DNA of 64,000 nt, counting the filler, from Basidioascus undulatus (Eukaryota), in the NCBI GenBank assembly GCA_000826855.1. It is 12 parts of 12 records of this genome, joined end to end, with 100 filler letters (N's around TTAATTAATTAA, not from the genome) between each part and the next. Parts side by side here need not be neighbours in the genome. Positions count along the whole stretch, not along the records: positions 37,811 to 43,091 come from JTLS01001969.1; positions 43,192 to 48,461 come from JTLS01001970.1; positions 48,562 to 53,828 come from JTLS01001971.1; positions 53,929 to 59,189 come from JTLS01001972.1; 8 more parts are not named here. One strand, written 5' to 3'. Shown one piece after another: positions 41,671 to 54,959 of the stretch (position 1 is the stretch's first letter; each line of letters begins with the position of its first letter). The translations under genes and the position numbers were made by a program. The notes beneath the pieces were generated by a model that was not told the origin of the DNA, searched no databases, and worked only from the letters and a program-made list of their open reading frames with translations.

Positions 41671-42378
41671 ACATTACATTTGGCTCGTGCACATGGACAC
41701 ACTATCACACTATCCCACCCTGTTATACCACACCTGTACCTTTCTGTTATACCAGCAGCGGAACATTTTCGATCTCCGTGTCATGTCATTGCCGTAGAAC
41801 GCCTGCATCTCCCGTGAGAGCACAGCGGTGCACCGACTGAGAATGCGAGGACCGCGGGAATGGCTGAAGGCTGCCCAGCTGGGAGAGCGCAGCAGAAGGG
41901 GATGAGAGACGATGCGATGCCCAAGCCGGTGTCAAGGGATGACGCGCTGCGCTGGAGGATCAGCGGAAAGTTAACGTATGAAGAGACGAGGGATTGGAGG
42001 CCATGAACCAGAAGGTGACCATCGGGGATCGGAATGCACGAGAGAGAAGACCAGGCTGTTATGCGATTCAGGGCGGGATGGGTCTGAGATTAGGGACGTG
42101 GACTTGTCGGTCGACGAATCAGATTACGCGGGACAGGGTAGCGGAACACGAATCCCGCTAGAGTTAGGCATACCGGACAGCGATCGAATGGCTAGGAAGG
42201 GCGAGGGCGAAAGGGCTGCGAGGAAGCGAGGGAGCGTGTGAGATGCGAGCCTGAGCCGCCCGCGAGTTTCGAGATGGCCCGAGGAGCTCATTGATCAAAA
42301 ATGAGTATTCTCCCTGCCCCTCAAACGCTCCGGTAGCCCATCCCGTCGCGCAACCCAGCGTCCTCGAAACCGAGCCCT

Positions 42379-42993
42379 TCATGCCCCCCCATCTAGCCTC
42401 CGCACGACCTCCGCATGCCCGCCCATCTCCGCCAGCTCCCTCGCCGTGTACCCATCCTCGTCCCTCAAATTCCTATCCGCGCCGGCCCTCAACAACGCAT
42501 CCACCACCTCCCCATGCCCGCGGTCCGCAGCGAGGTGCAGCGCCGTGTACCCCTCTTCGGAGCGGTCGTTTACCGCGCTGGGGTTGGAGGCGAGGAGGGA
42601 GAGCAGGGTGGGGAGAGAGCATTCGACGGCGGCGTCGTGCAGTGTTTGTGGGGGGGAGGTGGGAGGACTGTGCGAGGGGTTAGTGGGAGCGGAGGAGGGA
42701 GAAGAGGGGACGCACGGTTCGGGTTGGATCACAGATACTTTCGGCCCGCCCCTGTTCCCATCGCCGGCCTTGCCGCTCTCCGTGCCCTCTGCCTCACCCT
42801 CCCATCCCAGCCCCTTGACAATCCCAACATACCGTCTCCTCGCCTCCCGCTCCACCTCCGCGTCTTCACCAAGCCCCCGCCCCGCGCGCTCCCACGCGTC
42901 CCACTTCGCGCGGCCCGTGGGGTCCCAGAAGCCCGGTCTGGATGAGAGAGGAGCGCGCGAGGAGGTGGCGGCGAGTTTGTAGTAGGCGTAGAG
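42379..42993 (-). CDS. Acyl-CoA-binding domain plus ankyrin-repeat protein (ACBD6-like), 3' part
   Basis: LYAYYKLA..RPGFWDPTGRAKWDAW..ARRRYV; GYTALHLAADRGHGEVVDALLRAGAD..DEDGYTARELA. Confidence 0.92.
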   Translation of the reverse strand, partial: LYAYYKLAATSSRAPLSSRPGFWDPTGRAKWDAWERAGRGLGEDAEVEREARRRYVGIVKGLGWEGEAEGTESGKAGDGNRGGPKVSVIQPEPCVPSSPSSAPTNPSHSPPTSPPQTLHDAAVECSLPTLLSLLASNPSAVNDRSEEGYTALHLAADRGHGEVVDALLRAGADRNLRDEDGYTARELAEMGGHAEVVRRLDGGA

Positions 42994-43191
42994 CTGCGGG
43001 GGGGGAGGGATAAGGGAGGTAGGGGGGGTGGGGAGGAGGGAGGGGGAGGGGAGAGGAGGAGGAAGCGGGTGATGTTGCCTGGGGATTATGGNNNNNNNNN
43101 NNNNNNNNNNNNNNNNNNNNNNNNNNNNNNNNNNNTTAATTAATTAANNNNNNNNNNNNNNNNNNNNNNNNNNNNNNNNNNNNNNNNNNNN

Positions 43192-46100
43192 GGGGCGCGA
43201 CGACCTCGACCCGCCGCGCAAGCCGCCGGACCAGCTGCCGATCGTGCTGCAGGTCCTGCTCTCGCAGGCGCACCGCCTCCGCGCGCTCATCCTCCTCTCG
43301 CAGTTCGTCGACCTCGGGCCGTGGGCCGTCAACCTCGCGCTCTCGATCGGCATCTTCCCCTACGTGCAGCGCCTGCTCCAGTCGCCCGCGGCCGAGCTCA
43401 AGCCCGTCCTCATCTTCATCTGGGCGCGCATCCTCGCCGTCGACCGCACCTGCCAGACCGATCTCCTCAAAGACAACGGCTTCACCTACTTCGCCAACGT
43501 CCTGTCACCCTTCCAGGGCGGCGGCGGGCTCCCGATCCCCAACGTCTCGGAGCACCGCGCCATGTGCGCGTTCATCCTCTCCATGTTCTGCCGCGACTTC
43601 CGCCCGGGCCAGATGGCGTGCTTCAGCGCGAGCGTGTTCGAGATGTGTATCGTCCACCTTGAGGACGAGGACTACCTCCTCCGGCAGTGGAGTGCTCTCT
43701 GCCTCGGCCAGCTCTGGGACGGCAACGACGAGGGCCGCGCCGTCGCGCTCCGCGAGGGGGCGCCCGAGAAGCTCTGCGCCATGCTGAATGATGTCGCGCC
43801 CGAGGTCCGCGCCGCAGTCCTCTTCGCCCTTGGGACGTTCATGGGCGCCAGTGGATCGCGCTGGGAGCACAGCCCGCCCCCGCAAGGCGTCCAGCCCCCG
43901 CGCATGGGCGGCGGCGGCACGGGCGCGATGCACGGCCTCCCGCACGAGGACCACCTCCGCCTCGAGCTCCGTTACGCGCTCGCAGGGCTCGCGGCGAAGG
44001 AGGACGCGTCCCCGATGGTCCGCAAGGAGCTCCTCGTCTTCTGGTCGGCGCTCGTGCGCGAGTGGTCAGGGTGGTTCGTCCTCGCTGCGTACACGTACTA
44101 CGCGGCGGAGCGGCAGGATGAGGCCCGGCGAGCGGGCGGGGATGCTAAGGGAAAGGGGAAGGGCGCTGTTCGGCCATCGCCTCATGCGATTCGCGAGGCG
44201 ATCCGCGAGCACGAGGGCCCAGAGCAGGGTGACCAGCTCCTCGCGAGCTTCGTCTCGCTCTTCATCGCACTGCTCGACCTCTCCGTCGACCCGTACCCCG
44301 AAGTCGCCTCCCACGCATGCACAATCGTGGACTTCATCTCCGCCCTCCTGCTTGAGTCGCCCCTCGCCGACGCGCGCGACTCTGCCCTCCCCCCTCCCCC
44401 CGCAGGCACGTCCTCTGCGCGCCGCTCGCCCGCACCCTCCATGTTCAACACCCGCCACCCCTACTCCCCCTTCGACTCTGCCTTCCAGCCCCCGCACCAA
44501 TCCCAGCTCCACCCTCCGCCAACTCCGAACGGCTCGTTGACGCAGCCGCCGTCGCCCACCCTCGCGCGCGACTCTCCCGCGCCCATCCGCCGCTCCGGCT
44601 CCCTCGCCGCGGCGCTCAACAAGCTCACGAGCTTCCCCTCCCTCTCCGGCGCGCCCTCGCCCTCGCGCAGCGACAGCGGTGATGCTGCGAACGGGCACGT
44701 GAACGCGTCGGGCTTCGCGCAAGTCAACGGCCAGCCCTCGCCCCACTTCAACCACGCCGTCTATCACTCGCCCTACGGTCCTTCTCCTCCCGACACGCCC
44801 GCCTCCGACTCGGCGCACCACCCGCCCAACCGCACAGCCTCTACGGACTCGCTCCGCGCGCTCGCCCAGCGCGCGAACCACGCCCGCGCGCAGAGCTCGT
44901 CTGCCGTCCCGACGCTGTCGAGCCTGAGCAAGGACGCCAGTGACCGCGCGGCATCGAACGTCACCGTCGCGGACGCGGTGATGGCGCTCCTCGACGAGGA
45001 CGACGCGCGCTTGCGGAAGCGCAAGGAGAAGGGCCAGCCGCCTAGCCAGCACCCGCCGCCCTCGCCTTCGCTGCCCCCGAGCAGGTCCCGCGTCGAGCTC
45101 GAGGAGAACATGGGGATTGTTCTGCCGCTCAAGAGCCGGTATTACGAGTGGTGCTGCGAGTACTACACCGAGAGCCAGATGCGGGTGCGTTGACGTCTTT
45201 CTCGTTTTTCCTTGTTTGGGGCTGTGGAACTGAGAGGTGGCCGATTACAGAACGCCGAGGCGGACGAGCCGGGCAGCGTCAAGTACAACGAGCAGCTCTG
45301 GCGGCGACAACGGAACGAGCGGATCATCTCCGAAACGCAGATCCAGGCCGAAGTCGCTTGTGAGTCTGGATTGCTTCGCACCTTGCCCCGGCCTCTTTCT
45401 CTGACTGCGGTTTCTCTGTGCAGCCTCACGAGAGTGGGAAAGCACGATCGGCCACGTCCACGAGCGATACGTCCCCGTCAAGCTCACGTTCCACCAGTTC
45501 GAACCGCACCTCATCACCGCGGACGAGCACGACACGCTCAGGTCCGTCGCGTAGCGCAGTTGCTTTCCTTCCTTCCTGCTCGGGCTCATGGCAAACGTTA
45601 CGTCTTCACAGCATCTGGGACTGGCAAGCGGGCAGGCGGCTGAACACCTTCTCCAATGGCAATCCGCTCGGCACGAACATCACGACAGTTAAGCTCATCA
45701 ACGAGGACGTCGAGGCGTTGCTGTTGACTGCATCGGGTCCGTGTTCATCCGTTCGGTGCAACTCCGTCGCCTTCGATCCTGACATGCCGGCGTGCGTCTT
45801 TGCAGCCGAGGGCCACGTCCGCATCTTCCGCGATTACGACAAGGCGGGCGGGGCGGAACTCGCCTCCTCCTTCCGCGCCACGAGCGAGCTCATCCCCAGT
45901 CGTCATCCTAGCGGCCTTGTCGCTGAGTGGCAGCAGGCGACCGGCAACCTGTTCGTCGGCGGCGACATGCGGTCGGTTCGTGTCTGGGATGCGCACCACG
46001 AGCTCTTCCACTCCGTGAGTCTATATCCGTTTTCTTTCCATCTTTCACTTTTGTCTAAACTTGCAGCTTACCTTCCGCTCTTCTTGCAGGACATCCCGAC

Positions 46101-46853
46101 GATGAGCCGAAGCTGCCTCACGGCGATCACGTCCGACCAGGACATGGGCCACATCTTCATCGCCGGCTTCGGTGACGGCACGGTGCGCGTATTCGACCGG
46201 CGACACAACCCGCGCGACGCGTGCGTGCGGCACTACCGCGAGCACCTCTCTTGGGTCCAGAACATCCACCTGCAACGAGGCGGGAACCGCGAGCTCGTGT
46301 CGGGAAGGTGCGGCTGCCCACTCATGCAGATGTTAGTTCACGAGTGCTGACATTTGGGTGTCTGTGCAGCATTGATGGCGATGTGCGGCTGTGGGACATT
46401 CGCGGGCAGGGCTCGATCTCGAGCATGGACGCGCACCGCGAGGGCATGTCCTGCATCGACATGCACGAGCACGCCTCCGTCTTCGCCACGTACGTCCGCA
46501 ACTGTCCAGATCTCCATTCTTCCCTCACCCCTGACTCTCAATCTCTATGCAGCTCCTCGATGCTCGACCTCACCCCCTCTGGTGTGCGGACGCAGTCCGT
46601 CAAGATCTGGAAAATCGGGCAAGAAGGCATCGCGCCCAAGCCGCGGCACATCACGATCCCGACGGGCCTGCACGCGGCGCCGACGACGCTGCCGTTCAAC
46701 CCGAGCGTGAGCAGCCTCGCGTTCCATCCGAACGAGATGGCGCTCGCGATCGGCGCACCCGACGGCAACATCACCGTCCTGGGCTGCCCCGTCGCGCCCG
46801 TCGACGAGGTCGAGTTCGCGACGGCCGCGGCTGCTGCGGTGGCGTCGCTGTAG
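43192..46853 (+). CDS. KOG1: TORC1 subunit Raptor (5'-truncated, multi-exon)
   Basis: PPDQLPIVLQVLLSQAHRLRALILLSQFVDLGPWAVNLALSIGIFPYVQRLLQSPA, EHRAMCAFIL, LPLKSRYYEW, C-terminal WD40 repeats (FHQFEPHL, AGFGDGTVRVFDRR). Confidence 0.97.
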
Positions 46854-47711
46854 TCCGCTCGGAAGCAGGGATGGCGAGTTGTGGTTGACGGCTTCTAGGT
46901 CATTACCGGCGTAATGCGCTTCATTCTCGCATGGGGTCTTTCTCAGGGTGTGTTGGTGTTCATCGCTTGCGTTCATCATGCTGTTGTACATCCGCCACAA
47001 TACGATACCGCGCTTTTTGCTTTTGAGCGGTGCATATTCTTATTCGCTTTCTTGATGCTTCCGAAAAGTCAGAGGGTGTTGCCTGGTTTTCTCGGCTTTT
47101 GAGGGCTTGAGGTAGCAGGAAAGCGATAACAGGCCTGCTTACCGGAGGTTTTCTCACCTGTGAATACCCCAAGCGACGTCACAACGCTGCGGTGCCGGAC
47201 TTGATTTCTTCCAACGCGTCCATCTCAAGCACTCACTCTCACTCTTTATTCTCAATCAACCAGTATGTTTCATTCGTTTCCTTGGTCACAGTCATGCAGA
47301 GCTGACACCTTGATGCGGTCGCCAAAGGCAACAGTCCGGTACTCTACATCTCCCACAATCTCGATCTCGATCAGCAGCGAGTCCTGTCCTCGTTCGGCCG
47401 TCCGACTCGCCTGGCCAATTGAGGCACTTGGCCTCCTGCACAACTCATTCTAAACATCATCTCTGCCTGGTGAGTCCTTTTTTCTTGTTCTGGGATCTTT
47501 GGCTTGGATGTGCGCTGGAGAGGAAATAGGCGCAGCTGCTGTGTGCAGGCTGGCACGTGCGCCTCCTGTCCCCTGTGGCCGCACGTCGCTTCATCGCTCG
47601 GGATTTGGAGGAGTCCCCATCACATCATCACATTGACTATCACATTCACAGGAACTCTCTCTGTCCACAACCCCCATCTCATCGGACTAGAATCCTCCAG
47701 GCTAGGCGGCG

Positions 47712-48461
47712 ATGGGACTCCGGCTGCTCGTCGCGACCTACGTCCTCGGGGGACTCACCTTCGTCCCGCTCCTCCTCGCCGCATTCCTCGCCCTCCTCTA
47801 CTACTCCTCCCCCCGCGTCGAGCCCTCGCCGCTCAAGCGCACGCCCTCCGATGGAGCCGAGCTCCCCATCAAGGCGAGCGCAGAGCTTGCCAAGCCGCCA
47901 GCGCTCTCGGGGTGGCTGCACGTCCGCCGCCAGTACAACGTCGACCCGGCCGCATCGGAAGAAACGTACGCTGCGATGCTCATGTCCGGCTACCGCTCCT
48001 TTCTCGACGCGCGTTCCAAGGACCCGAAGCGGACGCGGCCGAAGGGCATGTTCTGGACCGTCCTCAAGGGCTCGACGCTGTACCTCTACGAGAGCGAGAG
48101 CGAGGACGCCCTGGACGTCCACGCCGCGCTCGACCTCGAGGGATTCCAGATCGGCATCTGGCCAGAGGGCTTGCAGGACGGGGAGCTTTTCATGAAGCGC
48201 AACGCGATCAGGCTCAAGCCCAAGAGCGCGAGTGCGGAGGGGGGTGAGGATGTGGCAGAGCAGACGGCGGAGAAGGCGGCGGAGAAGGGGACTGAGGAGA
48301 TCAAGGATGAGGCGGGGCAGCCGTGGTTCATCTTCGTGAGGGATAACTCGCTCATGGAAGGTGCGAACTTCCGCTTCCCTCTGGGTGTCTTTCGGAGCTC
48401 AGCCTGCCTCATCTCATCAGACTGGTACCACGCGCTCCTCCTCGCTGCACAGCCCGTCGCA
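47712..48461 (+). CDS. NVJ2: NVJ2/TEX2-like membrane-contact protein (N-terminal TM plus PH-like domain), 3'-truncated
   Basis: YVLGGLTFVPL N-terminal anchor; GWLHVRR, FWTVLKGSTLYLYE, IWPEGLQDGELFMKRNAIRL, ME-DWYHALL. Confidence 0.8.
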
Positions 48462-48561
48462 NNNNNNNNNNNNNNNNNNNNNNNNNNNNNNNNNNNNNNN
48501 NNNNNTTAATTAATTAANNNNNNNNNNNNNNNNNNNNNNNNNNNNNNNNNNNNNNNNNNNN

Positions 48562-48709
48562 CGCCCCCACCCCCGCCGCCCGCGCCCTTCTGCTTCTTTG
48601 CCTCCTTGTCGCGCAAGCGCTCGGCCGCTTTCGCCGCCTTCGCCTTCTTCGCCGCCTTCGCTGCGAGTTTGGAGTCGTCTGCCCCCTTCTTGCCCGACTT
48701 CTTGGCCAT
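48562..48709 (-). CDS. Lys/Ala-rich N-terminus of a gene cut by the contig edge (possibly kelch protein Kel3/KLHDC4-like)
   Basis: MAKKSGKKGADDSKLAAKAAKKAKAAKAAERLRDKEAKKQK. Family assignment rests on composition only. Confidence 0.5.
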
Positions 48710-50096
48710 CTCCTCGAAGGGTGCAAGCTCGATTGAAGTTTGCCTGTCAGGCAAAGGGAGCTCGGTAGGATAACGAGGAAGGTCGAGCGTGGGAGAATTT
48801 CGCGAGCAGATGTGCGGGGTGTTCTGTGGGCTGCCCGCGGACACGGCCGAGGCACAGACTTGGTTTGAACTAGTTGAAATTTTTAAAAAGCTTTATTATC
48901 TAAAAAATGCTCTGGTCGGACAATTGAGTACTTCGGGAGCTTTGTCAGGGAAGAAATTAAAACAGTCCTCGATGTTTCGAGCTGCATGGTCGTCTGCTTT
49001 GCCTGCCCACAGCACATAGCAAGTCTCCGGAACATTATTAAATAGTTTGAGTAACTTTCTCTAAGACTTCTTAAGAATATATGCATCCCTGTCAGCCAAG
49101 CTCAGCGCGTCGCGCAGCGCGACTCATCGCAACTTGCAGTGGCTGCCCTCCGCGTCGCCCAGTGCCGGCTGGAAACCAGTGTATGCCATACCCTTCATAT
49201 TTCAAAAACTCAATACCCTCAAGATTCCTCCAGACCTTCTAACCCCTTAAAGTTCCATTATACACAAGGCGCACCGCCCTTGTCCTGTCTGTCTTCTCCC
49301 TCTACGCCAGTACTGCCTTCGCCGCCGCGCTGCTTCGCGCTGGAGGTGTACAGGACGGAAATTGAATGCTTGCGCCTAGGGATACTCACGAGAGTAAACA
49401 CCACAAAGAAACAGTAAGTTTAATCTTGCTCAGCAGGCAGACTGGTGGCACGCATTAGCAACCACTGTGAAGCTCATGCAGCGCAACGGGATCACGGCAC
49501 GTCAGTTCCGGTGAAAAGGGAAGAAAATTCTAGCAACAACGCCCTTCCGTTACTCGGGATCCAGTATTCATCCCTGTTGGATGAGATGCACGCTCATAAG
49601 CCATTCTTTCAAGTCCTGAAACCAATGCAACATCTCGTCTCTCCAAGCGTCCCCTCAGAATTCTTCCTCTTATCATTCTTAGGTGATTATCACTTTTGAG
49701 ACGATCTAGACAAAGTAAGTCAGTCCTATGGAGCAACATATGTTCGATCTCCGTGAGAAAGTACTTGTTGAAATCGAAGCTTTCTTTTAGGCTCACTGTC
49801 ATGGTCAACTGCTCTAAGGTGCGCGCTTCTCGTTCAAGGATTACATCGCTGTCACACCACCGCAGTCTGGTGGGCAAATAGAATAGCGAAAGCTTGGCTG
49901 TTACAGATTGAGGCACAGCATGGAGGAGGCACGCACTCCTGATCGAAGATCCAGCGTTTCCGATTGTTGCGAAGGTGACGGAGTCGCACCGCGTTTCGTG
50001 ACCACGAGCTGCTTCTCTTTTCAGTCTCCCTCGCTTCGTTCCTTCCTTCCTCTACCTCTCGTTATCTCTCAAGCGCCTCATGCTATCCTCCAACCA

Positions 50097-51171
50097 ATGT
50101 CGCCCATCTACACAGAGTACCACCGGCTCGGCAAGCTCTCCTCGTCGCGCCAGAGCTCGGCGGTTCCCCTCATGGAGCCAGCCGTGCCGCCGAAGGTCCG
50201 GCTTTGCTCGACCGCTCGGGCCCGCACGCGCTTGGGCTGGCTCGACCTCCTCACGGGCGTCGCGACGCTCGTTATCTCTCTTGGTCTCGGTGGCGCGCTG
50301 GGCTTGTACATTCTTTGTCCGGCGCGTCGAGGAGCAGTTGTTCAAGGACGTCTGGGAGAAATGCTGAGTGCTGGTTCGTGAGGTACGTCCCTCGTGCTCA
50401 GGTTAATGTGGTCGCTGCTAAACTTGAGCGGTGGTCGCTGCAGCCTCCCAAACACCTTCCCGACGGATCCCAGAGCGTCTCGACCCTCACATTCTCGGCC
50501 TTGATTGTAAGTCACTTTTCGGCACCAGCTCTTTCCCCTGAACAAGGCTGACGTACTCTTGATCCGCAGAGGCATGCGCTATCGCTTCTCGTGGGTAAGC
50601 GGAAAGTTTTCAGTGGGAGCGGTCCGGGAAAAGCGGGCTTGTACGCTGACGCCCGCATCCACAGCTCATGTCGCTCGTTGTCTTCCGCCTGGCGTCCGAC
50701 TGGCTAAGGGAGAACGCTGTCAAATGCGCACTTTTTGACAGCGGCTACGGATGGTTCTACAAACAAGGGTGCTGACGTGGAGGGCGCTTCACAGGTCTCG
50801 TCCACTGACTTCCACCCAGTGCACCTCATCCGAGTCCCACAGCCTTCGTCCTGTGGTTGATAGTGACTGACGGAGTTGGCGGATATGGCTTGCTCCTCCG
50901 CCTCATCGGCTCCGCCAATGTCCCGGCTATCTGCGAGGGCTTCTATTTCCTGTCTCGGGGCTCCGTCAAGCGGAACGCGTTCGACCTCCTCGACATCGCC
51001 ATCTCGATCGCGAGCCGGTCCATGCTGGTCTCCGGGAGGACGAGCAATCCGAGGGGTCTGCGTCTTTGGGCATCTTTCCCTTGGGGCCGAGGCGGCGCAG
51101 GGCAAGCAGTGCTTCGGGACGCTCGGTTTGAGGTCGCGGTGGGAGGGGTCGCGGTAGCTTGTCCGGTTTGA
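50097..51171 (+). CDS. Hypothetical multi-exon membrane protein or pseudogene
   Basis: Hydrophobic segments (LGWLDLLTGVATLVISLGLGGALGLYI; LMSLVVFRL) separated by GT..AG introns with CTGAC branch sites. Frame continuity is uncertain. Confidence 0.35.
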
Positions 51172-51595
51172 ACATTTACAGTATGGCTCGGAGTTCTCTT
51201 TTAAGAATCATTCATCCTTCGAAAGGGCAGTCCTTCTTGCAGGAGGCGTTTGACCAGCGTTGTTGTCGCGGATGGGTGCGCCGGCACCCAGAGAGATTAG
51301 ACTCAGTGACGGCGCGTTGTTGCTTATTTTTTTTACTATACATCAGCTACTCCTGTGATCCACTACGTCCAGAACCGATACCGCCCGCCATGCTCGCATT
51401 GGGCTTGAAACAGTTCGCAGTCGCGACTGTAGATACCAACAAACACCGCCAAACACAGCTGAAGTGTGGGGTCATCTGCGGGTTGCCCACGGAAGTGGCG
51501 TTCGGCCCGTCGCGTCTGGGGAGTCCGCGCCTGATCGCTGGCAGCTTCCACGTTCGCCTGCTCAACCGGACACCATCACTATCCCATCGCCAGCC

Positions 51596-52482
51596 ATGGC
51601 CCCTCGCAAGCGCAACCCCCCTGCAACGCAGTCCAGCCTTTCCTTTTCCCCCACCCCCGCCGCCGCCAGCGACGCCGCCCCCGCCGACGACGAGGTCAAG
51701 ATCAACCCGCTCGACCTGGTCGCGGCCAAGCATGCCTGCGATGATGCTGTGAAGAAGGTGTGTTCCTTGTGTCTAATTGTTCTCAAGGCTGGAGCTGAGA
51801 TGGAGTTATCGGTGTGTTGCGTCTCACAGATCCTCAGTGAGCCGCAGCACTACAAGCCGTCTCACCTGCACACGGACACGCACCTCGTCCTCGGCTGGAC
51901 AGCGTGCATCATCGCTGGCGCGGCGAGCTACTACGGCTACAAGGTCCCCTTTGAGGAGAGCAAGAACGTCGTTGCTGTTGGGGTTGCTTTGTGTGTTGCC
52001 CTCTCCTCTCCCTCTCCGATCCTCCGCGTTTAGATGGGGACTGACGTGCGCCCGGAGGTGGCAGGTACGCCCTCCTCCAGACCCTCCTCACCCTCCACTC
52101 GTACTACATCCAGCGCAACGTAATCTTCACCGGCCGGCGCAAGACGCTCTCCGGCCGCGTGGGTCTCTCCCTTTCCACCCCATCCTCCCTGTACCCTCAC
52201 TCACCCTTCCACCCCCACCCACAGATCGAGACCTCCTCCCTGCGCGTGCGCTCCCGCACCATCCCCGCCTCCCCCGCCTCGCCCTCGCCGTCCTACGCGC
52301 TCGTCGTCGCGCACCGCCGTACAGCGAACGGGGGGAAGAGCCTGATCCACTCGGGCCGGGAGGAGAGCCAGCGCGCGTATGAGCGGCTGTTTGACGCGGA
52401 GGGACGGCTGGACTGGAAAGGGCTGAGGGAGTGGGTCGAGGGCGTTAAGGAGCGTGTGGAGGGGGGCGGGAAGGCGGAATAG
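51596..52482 (+). CDS. SPC2: Signal peptidase complex subunit 2 (SPC25 family)
   Basis: KINPLDLVAAKHACDDAVKK, SHLHTDTHLVLGW, KVPFEESK, two TM segments, RLFDAEGRL; TAG at 52480-52482. Confidence 0.9.
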
Positions 52483-53753
52483 TATTGGGGAGAGAGGAGG
52501 GGGTCGAAGATGAGAGATAATGAGGGGTCGAGCTGGCTTATCGAGGGACTTCATGGCTCTGTTTTCAGCGCTGGTACTTCGACCGACACGTATCTCCTTC
52601 GCCTTGACTGACTCCCCTCTCGAACTTCGCACACGACGACAATCGCATCGCACTCCTTCTTTGCCCCGAGAACAAACTGATCCGACTTTACAGCTGGCAT
52701 GATTTCGATCACCTATTCTCTTCCGGGCTTCCCGCAAGCAGCGTCCGCCATGTCTGCTGCAGCTGCGCTTCTCAAAGCGCTCGCCCAGACCCAAGGACAT
52801 TGCACTGAGATGGTTCTCGCGCGCTCGCGCTCCCGGGCTCTTTCCCTCCTATCTCACATTCACCGCCACCCTCCTCCTCTTCGCCAACGCTCGCCCTGGA
52901 GGACCTCACGCCAACACATCCTCTGCTTCTTCAAGCTGCGCACGACACCCCACTCAGCTCCATCCCTTCCCATACCCTCCCTTCCTTCCTTTCCTGCTCG
53001 CCTTCCAACTCCACAGCTCCAAATCCGATTTCTCCATCATATTCCATTTCTATCTGTCGTGCTCACCCTATCATTTCTTTTTCCCGTGCTCGGCGGGCTG
53101 TACTCGAGTCGAACCGTCCTCTTTCGCTTTGGTTCGTTCCAGCCGCTCGTGCTTCATTCATTTGGAAGGAGAGGGGGAGGTGAGTTCCATCTCCTCTCTT
53201 TCTTCCTCTTGCTGCACAGTTGAGCGGTTCGGGACTCAGACTCGTTCGTCCCTGGGCTTCCGTCATGTTCTTTCGCCAGCACGGCTGGCCCCTTCCTGGT
53301 ATCATACATCACGAAGCTATCCGTCCACCCTCATCTCTCCGAGCGCACTCATCCACTCTATGCGCGTCTATGTAGTTGTTTGCTTTCTGTCCGATCCTTT
53401 CCGCGGGCTCTGGCGCGGGGCGTGCCAGCACGGGCCGAAGAGCCTGAGCAGAGTCACGATCGGTGTTCCTGCCTGAACCCCAGTTTATAAAGGTGTTCAT
53501 GTCTAGATACCGTTGTGAGCATCGTCCCCCATTGCCTATCAATCACAAGGCTCGAGTCCGGCATGTGTCGGCACTGCGAAGCATGTCTTTCGCGCAGCGG
53601 CAGCGGCAGCGGGAAAGGTAGTACAAAGAGTGGAAAGAAAGTAGAACGCACTTCGAAGCACGTTGATTGGCAGTGGGAGTGCTTCCGCTTTGATAGCATG
53701 ACATTGGGGCGGAGGTGCAAAACAGAGTTCACAGTCTGGAGGAACAAAAGAAA

Positions 53754-53826
53754 TGGTTCTTCCGTGGATTGAACACGGTACCTTCAGGACTTCAATCTGA
53801 CGCTCTCCCAGATGAGCTAAAGAACC
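53754..53826 (-). tRNA. tRNA-Phe(GAA), intronless, copy 2
   Basis: 73/73 identical to 1204-1276 with different flanks; followed by TTTCTTTT on the minus strand. Confidence 0.92.
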
Positions 53827-53928
53827 CANNNNNNNNNNNNNNNNNNNNNNNNNNNNNNNNNNNNNNNNNNNNTTAATTAATTAANNNNNNNNNNNNNNNN
53901 NNNNNNNNNNNNNNNNNNNNNNNNNNNN

Positions 53929-54379
53929 GAGAGGGGGTGAAGAAGAGGGAGGAAGAGGGGAGGGCGGCCGTGGGGAGGGGGTAGAGTCGGAGAGTATTGG
54001 AGCGGGAAAAGATCGCAAGCGTTGGGAGCGTCTTCGTAGGAATCAGGCAGAGCGTCGTTATGTCCTCGGTATCCTGCAAGAAGAGCGCCTCCTTGAGCCT
54101 CGCCTTCACCCAATCACCTCGACAGCTTATCAGACTCACCGACTTGGTCCTGCCCCATTCCTGTCCACTCTCCAAGTCGGTCACGATCACCTCCTCGCCA
54201 CGGGTGGTCGCAAGGAAGCGCCCGTCCGGCGAGACGTCCACCTTCCCTCCCGTGTACAGGGGGCGGTGGGTCTTTATGGGCCGGAACCTGCAGCACTCGT
54301 ATGTTCAATATTATTTAAAAAAGACTTTACACGTCACTCACGTCGATTTCAGCTTGTTTTTGGACGATGAGGGATCCAT
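53929..54379 (-). CDS. UTP13: U3 snoRNP WD40 protein Utp13/TBL3, 5' part
   Basis: KLKST-FRPIKTHRPLYTGGKVDVSPDGRFLATTRGEEVIVTDLESG-DTEDITTLCL. Confidence 0.85.
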
Positions 54380-54959
54380 GATTGTGTACGAGGGAAGGGA
54401 GAAGACGCTCTCGAGTCCCAAAGGCTCACAATTTCTGGATCACGTGCGCTTTCAGTCGCGACACGGCACGATCGCCAAATACTTTGCATCCCAAAAGCGG
54501 TGCCCCATTGTCCTTGAGAATTGACTTACACATATTATTTTTGGGTACATTGAGATGCCTGATGTTTTACCTCAGACTATCCAGTGGTATGTATGAAGTT
54601 ATCCGGCCAGATAATGCAACACGTCCAGCGTTTCAGCGACGCAGCGCCCTCCCTCAATCCCTTTCAGCACCAAACCTGCTGTCGTTGACAGGAAATTGCC
54701 AGGCTTTTCTCCATTATCCCTTGATTGAAGATCTTCCGGCCTGACCTGCTCCTCCTTCCGTTTGGTTGATAGAGCTGAACCAGTGCCTCTGCGCTCAGCA
54801 ACCCTATCTCGCATTGACTAAATGTTCGGACACATCAACCCAGAAACTCTCTGTACCCTGTAGGAAAGTGATCTTTCAGCTCCCCAGCGGGGTTGTTTGG
54901 ACTGTCCCAAAGCGCTCGGAGCGCACATTGGGCCATGCCCGGCTGCACAAAGACCGCAA

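Noticed and set aside
44066..45052. 328-aa minus-strand ORF and many similar overlapping ORFs in the track
   Set aside because: Antisense or alternate-frame shadows of high-GC3 coding exons (here KOG1).
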